In this document: one piece after another, positions 1-13,000 of the stretch | Numbering within the stretch: the stretch's first letter is position 1 | Layout: each line of letters begins with the position of its first letter | Assembly (NCBI GenBank): GCA_040954595.2 | Contig: CM082579.2 | Span: forward strand, 9,413,625-9,477,624 | Source: Balanoglossus misakiensis | Taxonomy: Eukaryota; Animalia; Hemichordata | Direction of reading: 5' to 3' | DNA length: 64,000 bases | Position numbers and translations under genes: made by a program | The notes under the pieces: model-generated | Databases searched by the model: none | What the model saw: the letters and a program-made list of their open reading frames with translations, nothing else | What the model was told of the DNA's origin: nothing

Positions 1-2709
1 TGACGAGGGGAACATTTTGGAGTTTGAGCTACCGAGGTATAGTCGGTGTAATTGCCGCGTCGCCCTGGGGCTCAAAGATTACCCGGAATGGAAGGCTTGA
101 TATTTTCCACCGGATTCGCGCCGGAGAATTGTTTTTTACGGCATTACACGGACAATAAAATAAATCCCCTAATCTGATCCGTCTAAGCGCAAGTACAAAC
201 AGGGTATTGCGCTGATGCTGGAGAGGCGCGTGTCCTACCGCGGGTCACTAGCTCGCCATTGTCTGACAACCGGATCCTCTTAATGATAGAATGGGTGAGG
301 TAAACGACTTCGAAAACTGTCAAAGATAATCTGCACGCCAGAAAATGGGGGAGTCAAACGTCCATCGAACGTCTTTGTGCAATCCTTGCGCACTCCGAGT
401 TCTCCTAATCCGGCCTTAGGTAGAATATCTGTTTCGATAAATGCGTCGTTAGTCGCCGCTTTTTGCCAACATATGTCATGTCGCCGATGAAAATGGCACC
501 GATATCGTTCATAATAACTGCCGTTTGCCGCCATTTATCAGTAATCATCATCATCAACAATGTCGTCATATAAACCACTCTGCCCCGTGATTTGTAGCTA
601 GCTCAGGCGAATTGTTACTGACAACTCCCCCCCCCCCGATGCTTGCTACATGTATTTTGTCTACAGTCGACTATGTTAATCGATGTTTTCGTTAAACCAA
701 AGTGCTAATCTCCATTTCTAAACGGATGCTATTAAAATTCATTCCTAGGTATTTCCCCTCCCCGTCTTTTTACTTTCCAGGTGCCCTACCTTACTGATCT
801 GATTTTAGTTTTCAAGTTGCTGTAGTTTGGACGTATGCAAGTCTTGGGCATGAATGTAGTCCCGTTAGCCGACTTGGCAATGCAAGTCACCAGAAAATAT
901 TGGATAAATTATACAATGTGTTTGTATCACTAACAGGTGGTTCACACGGTCGACGCACAGTGCACGGTCGGTCAAGAACAATACTGAGTGCAGGGAGTTG
1001 GGCTGTCTTGACATTTTCCTGGTTTTTTGCATCGGGCTGGGGTGATTCGCTGGAGCACATCGAGCCAAGCAGTGTAGGTGTAAGGCGAAAAGTCTAGAAA
1101 TCGATTTCCAGATCAATAACTGTGAAATGTGACCTAGCTCAGGACTGCCAATCGCGAAAAAAATCCCAACTTTGTCCGTCCGTTTAATTTTCCCCCGGGA
1201 TTTGGTTGTTTTGTGTTCTTTCTGTCTGCAAAAGTTTACTTTTTGTTTGTTCGCTGCCAATACTAATGAATCCAGCGAATCTGCGTGCTTGGTTTCGAGC
1301 GAGATGTCGTTCTCGTTAAAATATTTAAGTGGGTGTTCTCTATTTTACACAACTCGATAATGGGTGACGATGTTCGAATTTGCACACTCCAGTGCACGGC
1401 CGACGTCACCGAAATCGAGAGTGAATTTTGTAAGACGTCCGCACGTTTACGCGTACGTCTCCAAAAACGTCGTTTCCCCTTACATCGGCATCTTGTAACT
1501 CGGGCGGCACTGTGCCGAAACCTTACCCGCGTCTAGAAATACTGCCATGTTTTTTTCAACGTGGTTTCCAATAACAGAGCGAAAGTGGGAACTACGGAAA
1601 AATGATTATAATATACTTTAGTACAAGACCGCTACATTTACCACAACGTACGTATAAAGTTTATTTCCTCATTACTTGGTCAACTAATTTACCTGGGTGC
1701 CTAATGCTGCAGTAAAAACATTATAAAGGGTGGAAATTCAGTTTGGTAGAAATAGAGACCGTGTTATTAATCTGCTTTTGCGAAAAGCCATATTACAAAT
1801 TTGTGCCCGAACATTACCAAATCTACTCGTTTCGAACGAGATTTAAAGCCGGCCCGGTTAAAACATATAGTTATATTATCTTGCAAAGTATTGAACTGAA
1901 ATGAATGAACCGATAAACCTTGCTACGCGCGGGGAAAAAATCCTAACATTATTATTGTGGGATCTGTTGAAATTTGTATGAGGTGTCCATTTGTTCCGCA
2001 GAGGGGAAAATAACTAAAGCATGGATTGTGTAATATTCTTGGCTTGTTTATTTGCTTTTAGGGCAAATTCTACCTGTAGGGCATGGTGGAGACGATGATT
2101 GTCCTAATATTTAAATGAATACGTGTCAATTTTGGAGCATTTCTGGACACCTGGTACACGCCACTAACTGCGACTCTAACAGATTTTTTCTCATAATATT
2201 GTCGTTACAAAGCCGGAGTAATAATCGGTTGAGTGTTGTGTACGCATGAAGCTCTTTGCAGATATATAGAAGGTAAGTTTTTTGGGGGGAATGCCATATT
2301 TAGTAATGATTTCCCAAATTGTACCCGGCGGCAAGTTTTACCTCATACCGCCAAAGGGTGTGGAAACTAAAAACCTTGCAAATAACATTACAATTTTTTA
2401 AAGTGTTCAAAAGCGCCAGCCACAAAACCATTGTGAAACGCAGGGCTTTAACGACGCGGGTGAGGAGAGGGTCATTGTGACCGATTTTACAGCAATGGAA
2501 GAAATAGACTTTAACCCTTTCACCCCACTTCCTTCTATGGAGACCCAATTTTACTACAGAAAACAATGGATTTGGTCCAAAGCACGGTAGTGAAAGGGTT
2601 AATTATCCAAGTCCCATCGACGTCCAATCAAATTTCCAAAATAACCGGCGAGTTTCCGCACGAAAACGGAATCTTGGTTTGCAAACATGGCTAATCCTGG
2701 TAGATTGAC

Positions 2710-2998
2710 TAAAGCCCCAAAAATAATGTGTGCTGTTCCGATTACATGGTTTTCAAAAATAGAGTAGGTTGGTAGGGACATTTTTTTATTTCGCATTTTT
2801 TTATATCTTCGGCTGCCGTAGTGCAGAATAATGACGTTATACTAGTAGTTCTTGCGTGATTCTCGCAATTTTCATAAATTTTGTATATTTGACATTGTTT
2901 TTTTACTTCCGGTTTATGAAGCTCTAAAAAGTTTAGGATCGGCGGGATAAAATTAGGGTAGGTCGGGTAATCGGAACAGCACATGTTTTTCTGCCTTA
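2710..2998. mobile_element. MITE, possibly PIF/Harbinger-like
   Basis: Inverted repeats TGTGCTGTTCCGATTAC / GTAATCGGAACAGCACA near both ends, flanked by TAA/TTA. A solo end (taaggcaaaaaaaatgtgctggtccgattac) recurs at about 50140-50170. Confidence 0.55.
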
Positions 2999-4004
2999 TG
3001 CATCCCCTGTTCCAACAAGAGTGGATCTACCTGGCCTTCACAAGAGAGCTGCGACGTGAATTGTTGCGAAATAAGGAACACGAAGTAGACATAAACATGC
3101 CGGAAAAAAAACAAGAAAAAAACGAAGGACACTCGTCATAAATATGTCAGGCACGTGATGTTAACAGTGCCTCTGCGAACAAGTTTAATGTCAGTAATTG
3201 AGAAAAGTTAACACGACACCGTTGTCAATTTTGATTGCAAGTATTCTGTCTCTGCGCACAAATCTAAGAAAAATCGATTTAATTTGAAACCTGTGGGGAG
3301 AAAAAAGCATTGATTTCGTTGCGATAACTTACAATTGTGAAGCCAGACACTTGATTTGCCGTATTATCAGGGGAAAGGCACTTGTACAACTCTGGTTTCT
3401 GAAACAGGGCTGCTTTGCTCTCGCTCCCATGGAAAGACACAAATTGCATGTCTGTCGGTGCACGTACTAGGGGGGTGACAATGCCATCTTGTTATCAGAA
3501 AATATCAAGACGTGGGTCTCTCAATCAGATGGCGCTTCTGTTGTCAACAGAAGATCACAGAGTGATTCGACTCGTTTTTCTTCCCAAGATTTTTGAAAGA
3601 TAGGCATCAGAAATGTCACTGTTCTCGTCAGCAAAAGGTTGCGAGAATCAAATGATCTGTCATATGCTGTGAAGAACATAGGGTTTGCAAATATTTCCCG
3701 ATTCATGGTACAAATTTTTTTTTCAAACGCAAATGACAACAACTCACATTAACATTCAAGACTTCATCTACAAACCTGCTCATACAAAAATATTTTTTTT
3801 AAATATAAATTTTTTTTCTGTGAAAATATACATGAGGAAAAAACATGAAGATATAGGACCTACAATTAAATATAAATTGGTAAATTGGTTGATTATTAAG
3901 AAGCAACATAATTAGAATCTCGAGGAAGATGTACCAAATTAACGAGTCAAGTACATGACAGTTTCATCATTATTGCAAAGATTTATAGTTTTTTTTTAGA
4001 TATT

Positions 4005-7000
4005 TCAGAACAATTTAAATGTTTTGGGCGGACTGCAGTTGCCCGGTGGCTCATGTTGGCTGTTGTTCGTTGAGTGGTAGAGGGGAACTTCTGGTTTTCT
4101 TTTTCTGCTGTCCAGATCGCCGTCCATCCCTCCGCCGCTGTGCAGGGGCATGGCTCTCATCGCGTGCATCTCCTGCAGCTGGTGCATGGCTCGCAGTGGC
4201 TGTGGCACCACGGAGGCCGAGCCGATTGTGGGAGGGTACTGGGTCACCCGGCCGACGGGTCTCGCGTAGCCTGCTGAACTGAGTCTCGTCTGGTTAAGTG
4301 TTCCCAGCAGAGACGGCTGGCTGGCAGCCGACATCTGGGAGAAGTCGAGTCCGGGTGTCGAGTTGGTGGTGGTGGTGGTGGTGGCAAGCTGGCCGATGCC
4401 ACCGCCGTACAGCCGGCTTTTCAGCGACGGCGGCCACGGTTGTCTCTGCACGGACGGGCAGCCTCCGACCTCGGCGTGGTGATCGCGGAACGCCGTCGCG
4501 CAAGTGTTGACGCTCGGCTGAGCCTGGCCGACCTTGGAGGTGCCCGGGTAACAGCTGGACAGCGGCTTCCAGACGCTGCTGCTGGCCAAGTCCAGGGAGA
4601 CCGAGTTGCAGAAGTTCGACTGGTAGCTCAGCTGATTCTGCAAGACGTCGGCGGCCGCGTTCGGCGCAGAGCTGGGCCGCCGCATGTCCGGGAAGCTGCT
4701 CGAAGGGCCGTGATTTGCGTGAATGCTATTACTGTCCAGCGCCATCCCGGGAGCCGACCCCGGCCGGTTCGGCCAGGTGGCCGTGGCCTGCAGTTGGGTC
4801 ATGCTGAGAGATGTACTTCCTGCGAGAGTTGCGTCTGTGTTCTGGCCCGGGTAGAGATCGCTGCTTGACGGCAGGTCCAGGCTGCCCACCGACGGCTTGA
4901 ATGAGGAGGACTGGTCGCTGTCGCTGCTCTCCAATCGCCTCTGCTCCACCCGCTGTGTCGCCTCCAGCATCAGTCGGGCGCAGTCTTCAAAATCCGACGT
5001 CACCGTTACGTCCAGGTCGCTGCTGGCGGTGACGTCGTTCGGCTGCTCCAGATGGAAACTGCTGTCCGATGCGCCCGAGAAGGGTTTCTGGCTCAGTCCC
5101 GGCGGATGGCTGTACCTTGGTGGGCCCTGGCCGCCTCCGTTGTTTCCTTCGCCCGGTCTGGGCTTGGAGTCCGCGCCGAAGTTGAGCCTCCTGCGAGACG
5201 AGCCCCGGCTGTTCGCCGAGCCCGAGCCGTCGCTGCTCAGGAAACTCTGGTCTTGCGGGGTGGAGGCGGCGGCCGCTTTGCCAGAAGAAGACTGATCCAG
5301 AGACAGTCGGCTGAGACACGAAGCCGGAGTTATCGGGGTGGGAAGCTCGAGATTCAGAGAGTTATCGGCGTCGAAGCTATCTCTCGGCAGATCCTCATCA
5401 GCCGCCCGGGGGTACTTGGGGGCGTTCCGCCTCTCGTCGGAAGTTTGTGCGTCTCGCTTCCCGAAGGCGTGGGTGTTGTCCTTCGGTCTCCGGTCTTCCG
5501 ACTGGCTGACGTCGACCAGCTCCGACAGGTCGAAGCGCGAGTTCTCCGTGGACAGGGAGCTGACGCCGGACGAGGCGGACGAATTGCGGTCGCGGGCGGA
5601 CGACAGTCCCGCAGCTGCGCCGTCCGCGTTCTGCACCGAGATATTGCCACTACCACCGCCAGCCAGGTCCGAGGACTTCCCTCGATTGCACATCAGTTCA
5701 AACCGCTTGTACCGCGCCAGTTCCACCTCCAGCTGGTCGACGTAGTCGTCGTTGGTCTTCAGCGCCCGTTTCAGCTGCTTGATCTCGCGTTCGTACTGAT
5801 CCAACTTGGACTGTTGGGCGGCCACGGTGAATCGTCCGTACCTGCACAGATAATATTTCGGTTAATACACGGGGACACGTTGGCCATCAATAATGAATGC
5901 GACTAGATTCTGAACTTCGCCGTTCCCTACATCCCGAGGCAACCAATGTCAGAGGATGCGGTCACCCTAAATAATAAATCGCAATCTTCTTGCCTCACAG
6001 GCACCTGCGCTTATTATAATGTTGCTTTCAATCTTGTAAAGAAATATGACCTTTGTAGCCTCCTCAAGGTTATCACATTTGCAATGCGGCACGCATTAAA
6101 TGTATCAGTTCATTATATTAAGAAATATTAACTCAAAATTAATATTACCCTGTGTAATTGTGTGGTGATTTTTTTTTTTTTTTTTGGGGGGGGGAGGGAT
6201 GTTGTATATATTATTTAAACATTAATATTGATTTTTTGTTGGTTACATAACACTAATTCAAAATGGCACTATGAAATCAGTCAACATAACTTTTTCGGCC
6301 TTTTCTGTGTTTGTGCATGAGAAAAAAAACCCTGTTTATTTCAATGAGAAAATGTTTCTGCAATTTTTACTGCTTTATGTAACACACTACTACTACTGCA
6401 ACCAGTAAATTTCATTCCATGTTTGATTCAGCTTTGTGAGAAATGAAATGATAGATTATAAAATCCCACACTGCATCACGATCGGCTTTTCACTTTTCAA
6501 ACTTCATTTCTGCTGATGGATCTCAATAGATTTTTATGAAATCAAATTCCCCTTTTGTTTACAAAGTTGAAAATAGTGTGCTATCAGTCTTGGGATTTTA
6601 CCGACACAAACTGTAAACATCATCTACGGGTACAGAAGCTTGTGACAGTAAAATACAGCATACAGCATGGCTTGTGATATTGAGAATATAAAAAAAAACT
6701 AAAATTTTACGACGGCTAAGTTCTTTTGTTCCAAAACCGGTGTGAATATGAAATTTTCAATCACGTATTGAGGAAATATCACCTTAATGGCAATGAACAC
6801 TTTTTATCTTGGATGCAGGAAAGTATTGAAGCTTCATCAATTATTAATTCTGAATGGCTCTTTGAAAAGTTATTTTTAATTGACTCCATCAGCACATCCT
6901 GCATTGATTGTGATCGAGAGACAGAAAGTCATAATTCTCGAACATCTATCGTCATAAGCAATGATTCAATCGGACTGTCGTATAATTTCCATTCTCTCGC

Positions 7001-10000
7001 TCACAATGTCGTGACGTACAGATTTTTTCTGCTTTTTGGCAATTTCTTCCTTAAAAATACGAGTTTTTTTATACAAAATGTACTACAAACATATTTGGCA
7101 TATGTATTTATGTCTCCAGCATCACAAGTTTACCCTCCCACTGCCTTTTTACAACTCTCAAATGCCAAAAAAGTTTAGGATCCATGCATTCAACTTGGCG
7201 TCAACAAGTTTACAATTGAAAGCAAGAGTGTCAGGTTGTGCGACCAAGGCAACTTCCGCGGAAAGCTTTTGTGGGAGTTCTTGTACTCCCAACTATTTTT
7301 AAAAACTGCCCTCAGGCATACCCTTCTGTGCATTTGGACATCCAGACGGTATTTCAATTTTAAAAAGATAACATGCCAGGCCTCAAGAACAACTGCTTTG
7401 CTTTGATAAATTTTTATGACTTATTCAGAAGTTTGTAATCTCCTTTCTAATTGCCCCGTGAGACTCTGGCGTATGAAAAAAAAAAATCATTGTCTATCGG
7501 AGATTTCAGCAATTCATCAAAGGACACATGAAACCGATCAAAAATTGAAATGGCTGTCACTACTGCTTTGTGATTCATTTTTTTTTCCGTATATTTATGA
7601 CAGACATGCATCATTTTTTTGAAGAATGTTTGCGGTGGCACTTCGGTGAAGATCACGCAAAACAGGAAGAGAAGTAATGACTTCAAAATAAAACATTCAT
7701 TCACAATAAAATTTACTGTCTTTCAACAGTCACTGCCCAATCTATCATTTCTCTACACGGTGATATCACTCACGACTTTAACTTTTTTCTTCTGAAAACT
7801 AAGTTCATTACTTTATCATTTGGTCGGACGTCCTGAAGATGTCCAAACCCCCATTGCAAATCTTGCTGAAGTGCAACGTTCACAATGTACCGTACATGAG
7901 GTAGTTGAAAGTTCTGCTTGGCAGCTTGTGCATTATGACTCTCTGTTTAGTTTTCCAACACCTACACATAAAACACACGTTAACTATCGAAGTGTACATC
8001 CATAAAGTTACTTTTTTAACCACTGTTTGTGAGTTGCCTACATGTACACACGACACAAGGCCCACCGCTCTCATACATTCGCAATGGCTGTATTTCACCT
8101 ATTTGCTTAAAGCATTGTCAACAGTTTTCCTCTTATTTTTATGTGCCACAACACCGCAATCGATGATCCTTCTCGGCTGTTTTTAAGAACCTAAACACAA
8201 ATGAATTAGAATTTCGTTTCTCTTTACTTATTTACACCCTTAAAACAAAGCAAAAGACACCAACGGAAAGTTGGAACAAGCGACTTTATGTGAAACCAGA
8301 TGAGCATAAGCAAAGGTCTGTCTTTTATTTATAATACACTTTATTTATTCAGTGCTTGCAGGAAGACTTAGCCCAGAATTCGGTCGCACAACAATAGGAA
8401 GCGAGACACACAAACACAAAATACTGGGTCCGAGTCCAAATTTGTGGTTTTATTTTATTTATAATAATTACTTATTCAGCACTTTGGGAGACCATCACAT
8501 AGAGACTGTCTTGCTTTGTTTGTTTATTTATTAATCATTTTGCACACAAAGCCCACCTGTTGCAACCAGCATTAATATAATAGACCTACAAGTTGGTCTT
8601 AACTCAAACCCAATAGTTGTATTTTATTTATCTGACTTACTTATTTATCACTCGCTGCCTATTATGGAACTTGTGTCCGTTACTGTTTATTCATTAATAA
8701 TTTTGATTTACTGGCCTCGTTAATTCAGTGGCAAACAAATGATAGCGGTACTCCCAACAATGGGGCTCATCACGACTTGAATTGGTCACGTGAGCCGCGC
8801 AACTCAGCCTTGTTAAAAATTCAACAGATTTTTTTCTTCTTCTCCAAATGAAAGTTGTATCGTCAAAACGGGGAAATCTATTATTTTAAATTTTTAAAAG
8901 GTCTTTGGGGGCGACGCTGTTCCGAAATGGCCGAAAAACTCTCCCCAGACAAACGGGATGACTGAAATTGAAACGGAGGTCTTTAAGATTAAGCCGGGTT
9001 TGACCGATGCCCGATTACACGGAGCTCTCGAACCATTTTAGCTTGACTAATACAATGGGATTATTTCCGGCCGGCTGCCTTGCTTGTTTATTTATTACAA
9101 TTATTTATTCAGTGTTTACCCTGTTGTGCTCGCCTACACAAAAGGGCAACTGACAGAAGAATCAACAATGACGTGAAGTAATCAGCAACAAAGTGTCCAA
9201 CCACTTCACAACAAACCCTCCCTGTTAAAATATTCATACGACGTTTGATTTTGGCGCGCAGCTATATGCAAAAAGCAATGTAACTCATATGGAAAAATGT
9301 CAGACGGCCATGATCATTTCTCTGGGCATAGAAATTTGGGAGTACACCGCGCACTGGTCATAATACATGAAAAGTTCAGGAATTTTTCTTTCAATTTCAG
9401 TGAGACCGCAAAGACAAAACTTGGAACCAATCCAACACCCCGACTCATTATCATGGCAACAGTCCGTTAGTATTATTTTATTTATTGCAATAATTTATTC
9501 AGTGTTTGTGCGTTGTCATAAGCAACATAGAAAGAAAACAAAACAACAATGGGAGAAAACGTACAAAGACCTCAGACACCCCACAGAAATTATTAAACAA
9601 CTTGGTTAAATCCTTATTATTTTTTTTGCTGAATATTTAAAAAATTAAAACCCCACATAAAAAAAAATCCATTTATCTAAATTTTAAATGATTACTGTTG
9701 GGAGACTTACGTGTAGGGGAGGGAAGAGAAAATGACGATTACAGGCCAAAAATGAGAACCTTGCAGAAATTGGTACCCGCGAGAAGAAAAAAAAAACTTT
9801 TTCTCTCTCGCATGACATGTGAAGATAAAGGCGCGAAACAGCGCGTAGGGATCTAACTCAGAGCTCATAACGCATTCATGGTTTATAGATTCCTTTGAAT
9901 GCGGCAGCCCAAACATGATACATTATGGACGATGTTGTGGCACCACCGACTGGTGTTGTATTTTCTGCCGCCCGACTGTTTTTATTCCGCTCGCTGGTGG

Positions 10001-13000
10001 TGCCAAGCTAACCGCAACATTCGGCAGGAGATCCCCGGAAAAAAAAAAGCGATCTGCCTACCCCTCTCGGATTCATTGCCAGACATCCCGAGACAGAAAA
10101 GTGACCGTGGGTATTATCGTAATCGCGGGAAAAAAAACCATGAAAAGGAAGGAATGAATGAAACAAGAAAAAAGGATCGCGTTTGTCGGCGACAATCAAT
10201 GAATTGTTATGTTCATTACAACAGTAATTGTGTTATCCGGGGCCAAAACATGATGGGAGTGGTGCACTGCTACAAAAGTGGTTATTGATTTTTGCTGGTG
10301 GCAAATTCAAAAGGCAGTCACTGCAGAACAATGCTGTGTTCCCCCCACCACTTCTGGATGGCTACTCACGCTGCAACTCAAAAAAAAAAAAAGAAAGTGG
10401 TCTGCTTTTCAACTTGTCCATTATTTCACCGTGGGGATTATACTTCATAAAAGTCCCTCAAATAAACACAAAGCTAATCGCCGGTACTCAAGTGGTCTGA
10501 GTCGTTCGTTCGCCATCACAAATCCTGGCAGCCAAAAACAAAAAATGATCAATATCTCCCGACTGAAAACAGTTTCAAACTTTAGACATGTGCGTTTCCC
10601 CCCACTCTCCTGTTTTGGCGCATTTTGTAAAGCCCGCCTTTTTGGCGTGCATTGTTTGTTGATGAATTGTTTTCAAACGGGGAGTCAATACCGCTTTGGA
10701 GTCAATGCAGGTTTGGCTAACTAGTGGAATTACCATATTTGATTTCGAACTACATGTACATGTACCAACTTTACAACTTCTGTCCAAAAATTGCACTGAA
10801 GCAAATTTTAGACAATGATGATGAAGAGCTTGTGGTGAATTCATACATGTACTTATACAGCCAAGACTACCACGTTACGAGTCAATGTTTTATTTGTTTC
10901 ACCTCTTCATGGAAAGTTGCTCACCAGAAAGAGAGCCCTCTAGGACTCCCAGGTCACGTTTGGATCAGACACTGGAAATTCCCACTAAGTCACAGCGGTC
11001 AAATTAATTGATAACTGTAACTTTTTTCACCAACATTAAGAGACAGTTTTCAATCACAAAAAGTTACGCATTGACTGCTATGTCCTTTTCACAATTTTTC
11101 TTTCAAATTAGAGTGGTCTTGGGTAAATTACGGTGTAATCACTTTGATTTGTCAAGGTTACAACTGTGTGGCAAAAATTAACTTGTTTTAACGTGTAAAA
11201 AACCTTGATTGAAAGAACCAGGCATCCACACACATACCAAGTGCTAGCTTGAAGTAAATCGTGACTCTGGTTCTTTGACCCAATCAACCCTCTACTTATT
11301 CCCCATTGCCATGCAGGCGTAACACTGTCAGGGTAAACAGGTGGTTCTTATGTAATGCAGGAGCAAAAAACTTCAAAATTAAATGAATGGACGTGGACGA
11401 TTAAGATCAAGTCTTGAACGAGCCAAGTTGTTTACATGGATTCTACAAGTACATGTAGCAGTGACCATCACATGAAAACTTACATACATGTATCTATTTT
11501 GTGCAAATATATGCATTGCACAAAAATGAAGGAAAAATTCCTTTTTTTTTGTTCAATTAGGGGCATGGTATCTGTGATGAAAGTGTGTACATGGTTTAAA
11601 AGTTTTTGAAAAAAAAATTATATTTAGCTCGGGATGTGTTTGTTGTTGTTCAGCAATGGAACAATTCAAGTATGATGAAAATCATACTTTGTCATCACTT
11701 GCTAGCTTCTTCAGTCCAGTCTGCACAAGTAGCCCATGGCATAGTAATAGATTAAATGTTCATACTGCAGTCACAGTTGCCCCTTAAAAATTTCAATCAA
11801 TTCTTTAGAGTGTGATGAAATCAGTCACAATATTTCTGAAAGACACAGGTGTCTTTAAAAAGTCAAAAGTTTAATTTCACGTTAACTTGCAGATAAACTA
11901 ATTCCATACTCTATTTTCCCCCAGAAAAATCAAAATCCTTCCACTAATTAGATTCACAAGCAGGATTAAGATCTTTTATATTGCTTACTTACTTTTGAGG
12001 AGAGCGTTCTGCTAGTTCTTGCCGTAGCTTCTGATTTTCCAGTCTCAAGTTCTCGACGTCCTGTTCCAGTTTGGCATTTTTCTGTGGCGCAAGACAGATT
12101 GCACATAAAAAAATCCCAATGTGGAAATGTACAGGAAACATGCCATAAAAATCTCCTGGTAATAATAATTCCAAACAATTCACTGCATCCTGAAAGTGGA
12201 GTGTTTGTTGTCCCATTCACACAGACGGGACCCAAAAGAACTTTTCCTCCAAGATTTTAGCCAATTCCTCGAAAAAAAGCAGCCCTGGAAAAATCCATCC
12301 ACTGCGAGGGACGTGAGGAGCCAATGCAAATAACACATTTTCCCCACCAATTATTCCAATATCAACAATGGGGCATACTAGTTGGTATTCTCTCCTGGCA
12401 CCGAGACCAGATCACCATCTCGCGGCCGACAAACTGAAAATGGACCGCGACAGAAACGCAGCAACGCTATTTATCAGTTTAAGCGACCGTTGTATTTTTG
12501 ACTTGCTCTTTTTAATTGTTTAAATTCCTATTATTAATTCAATCTACAATGTGAATATTTCATCTTAAAAGGTAGGAGTTCCGATTCTCATTGACTACAA
12601 ATGAATTGGAGATGCATTATGTACACGCACATGCATACTGTATGTGTGTCAAACAATGAATGACAGGGCCTTCACACAAAACGGTCGCTGCAGAAAAAAA
12701 AACATGTCACAATGTGCCGCTCGTGAAGTTAATTTGATGCATACACTCATCTCCAAACACAATTTGAGTGAAATATTTCCCAAATTTGGCAGGACATCAC
12801 ATCTTTTTTTTATTTTGAGTCATCACTTTCTGAATTTTAAATATTTATTTCCAGTATTGATCTGTTTTCACTACTTGTCATATTTCTCTGTGTTCAAACC
12901 AATGGTACAGAACAGTGGAATTTGTACCCCAAAAAATACTTCTTTTTCGACTTTTGATAAAACTTCTATATTTGAGGTGCCTATATCTTGAAGAACTTTC

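Noticed and set aside
280-534. 84-aa minus-strand ORF starting MAANGS
   Set aside because: No family resemblance or splice support. More likely non-coding CpG-rich DNA.
780-2160. Possible old DNA transposon (repeated TTTCGA.CGAGAT words)
   Set aside because: No convincing TIR pair or TSD found by eye.
4019-5906. Several plus-strand ORFs up to 284 aa
   Set aside because: Antisense shadows of the GC-rich OBI1 last exon, with no recognisable domain.
6230-7800. 150-aa ORF and repeat-like AT-rich block in OBI1 intron 5
   Set aside because: No domain, no termini and no second copy in the window.
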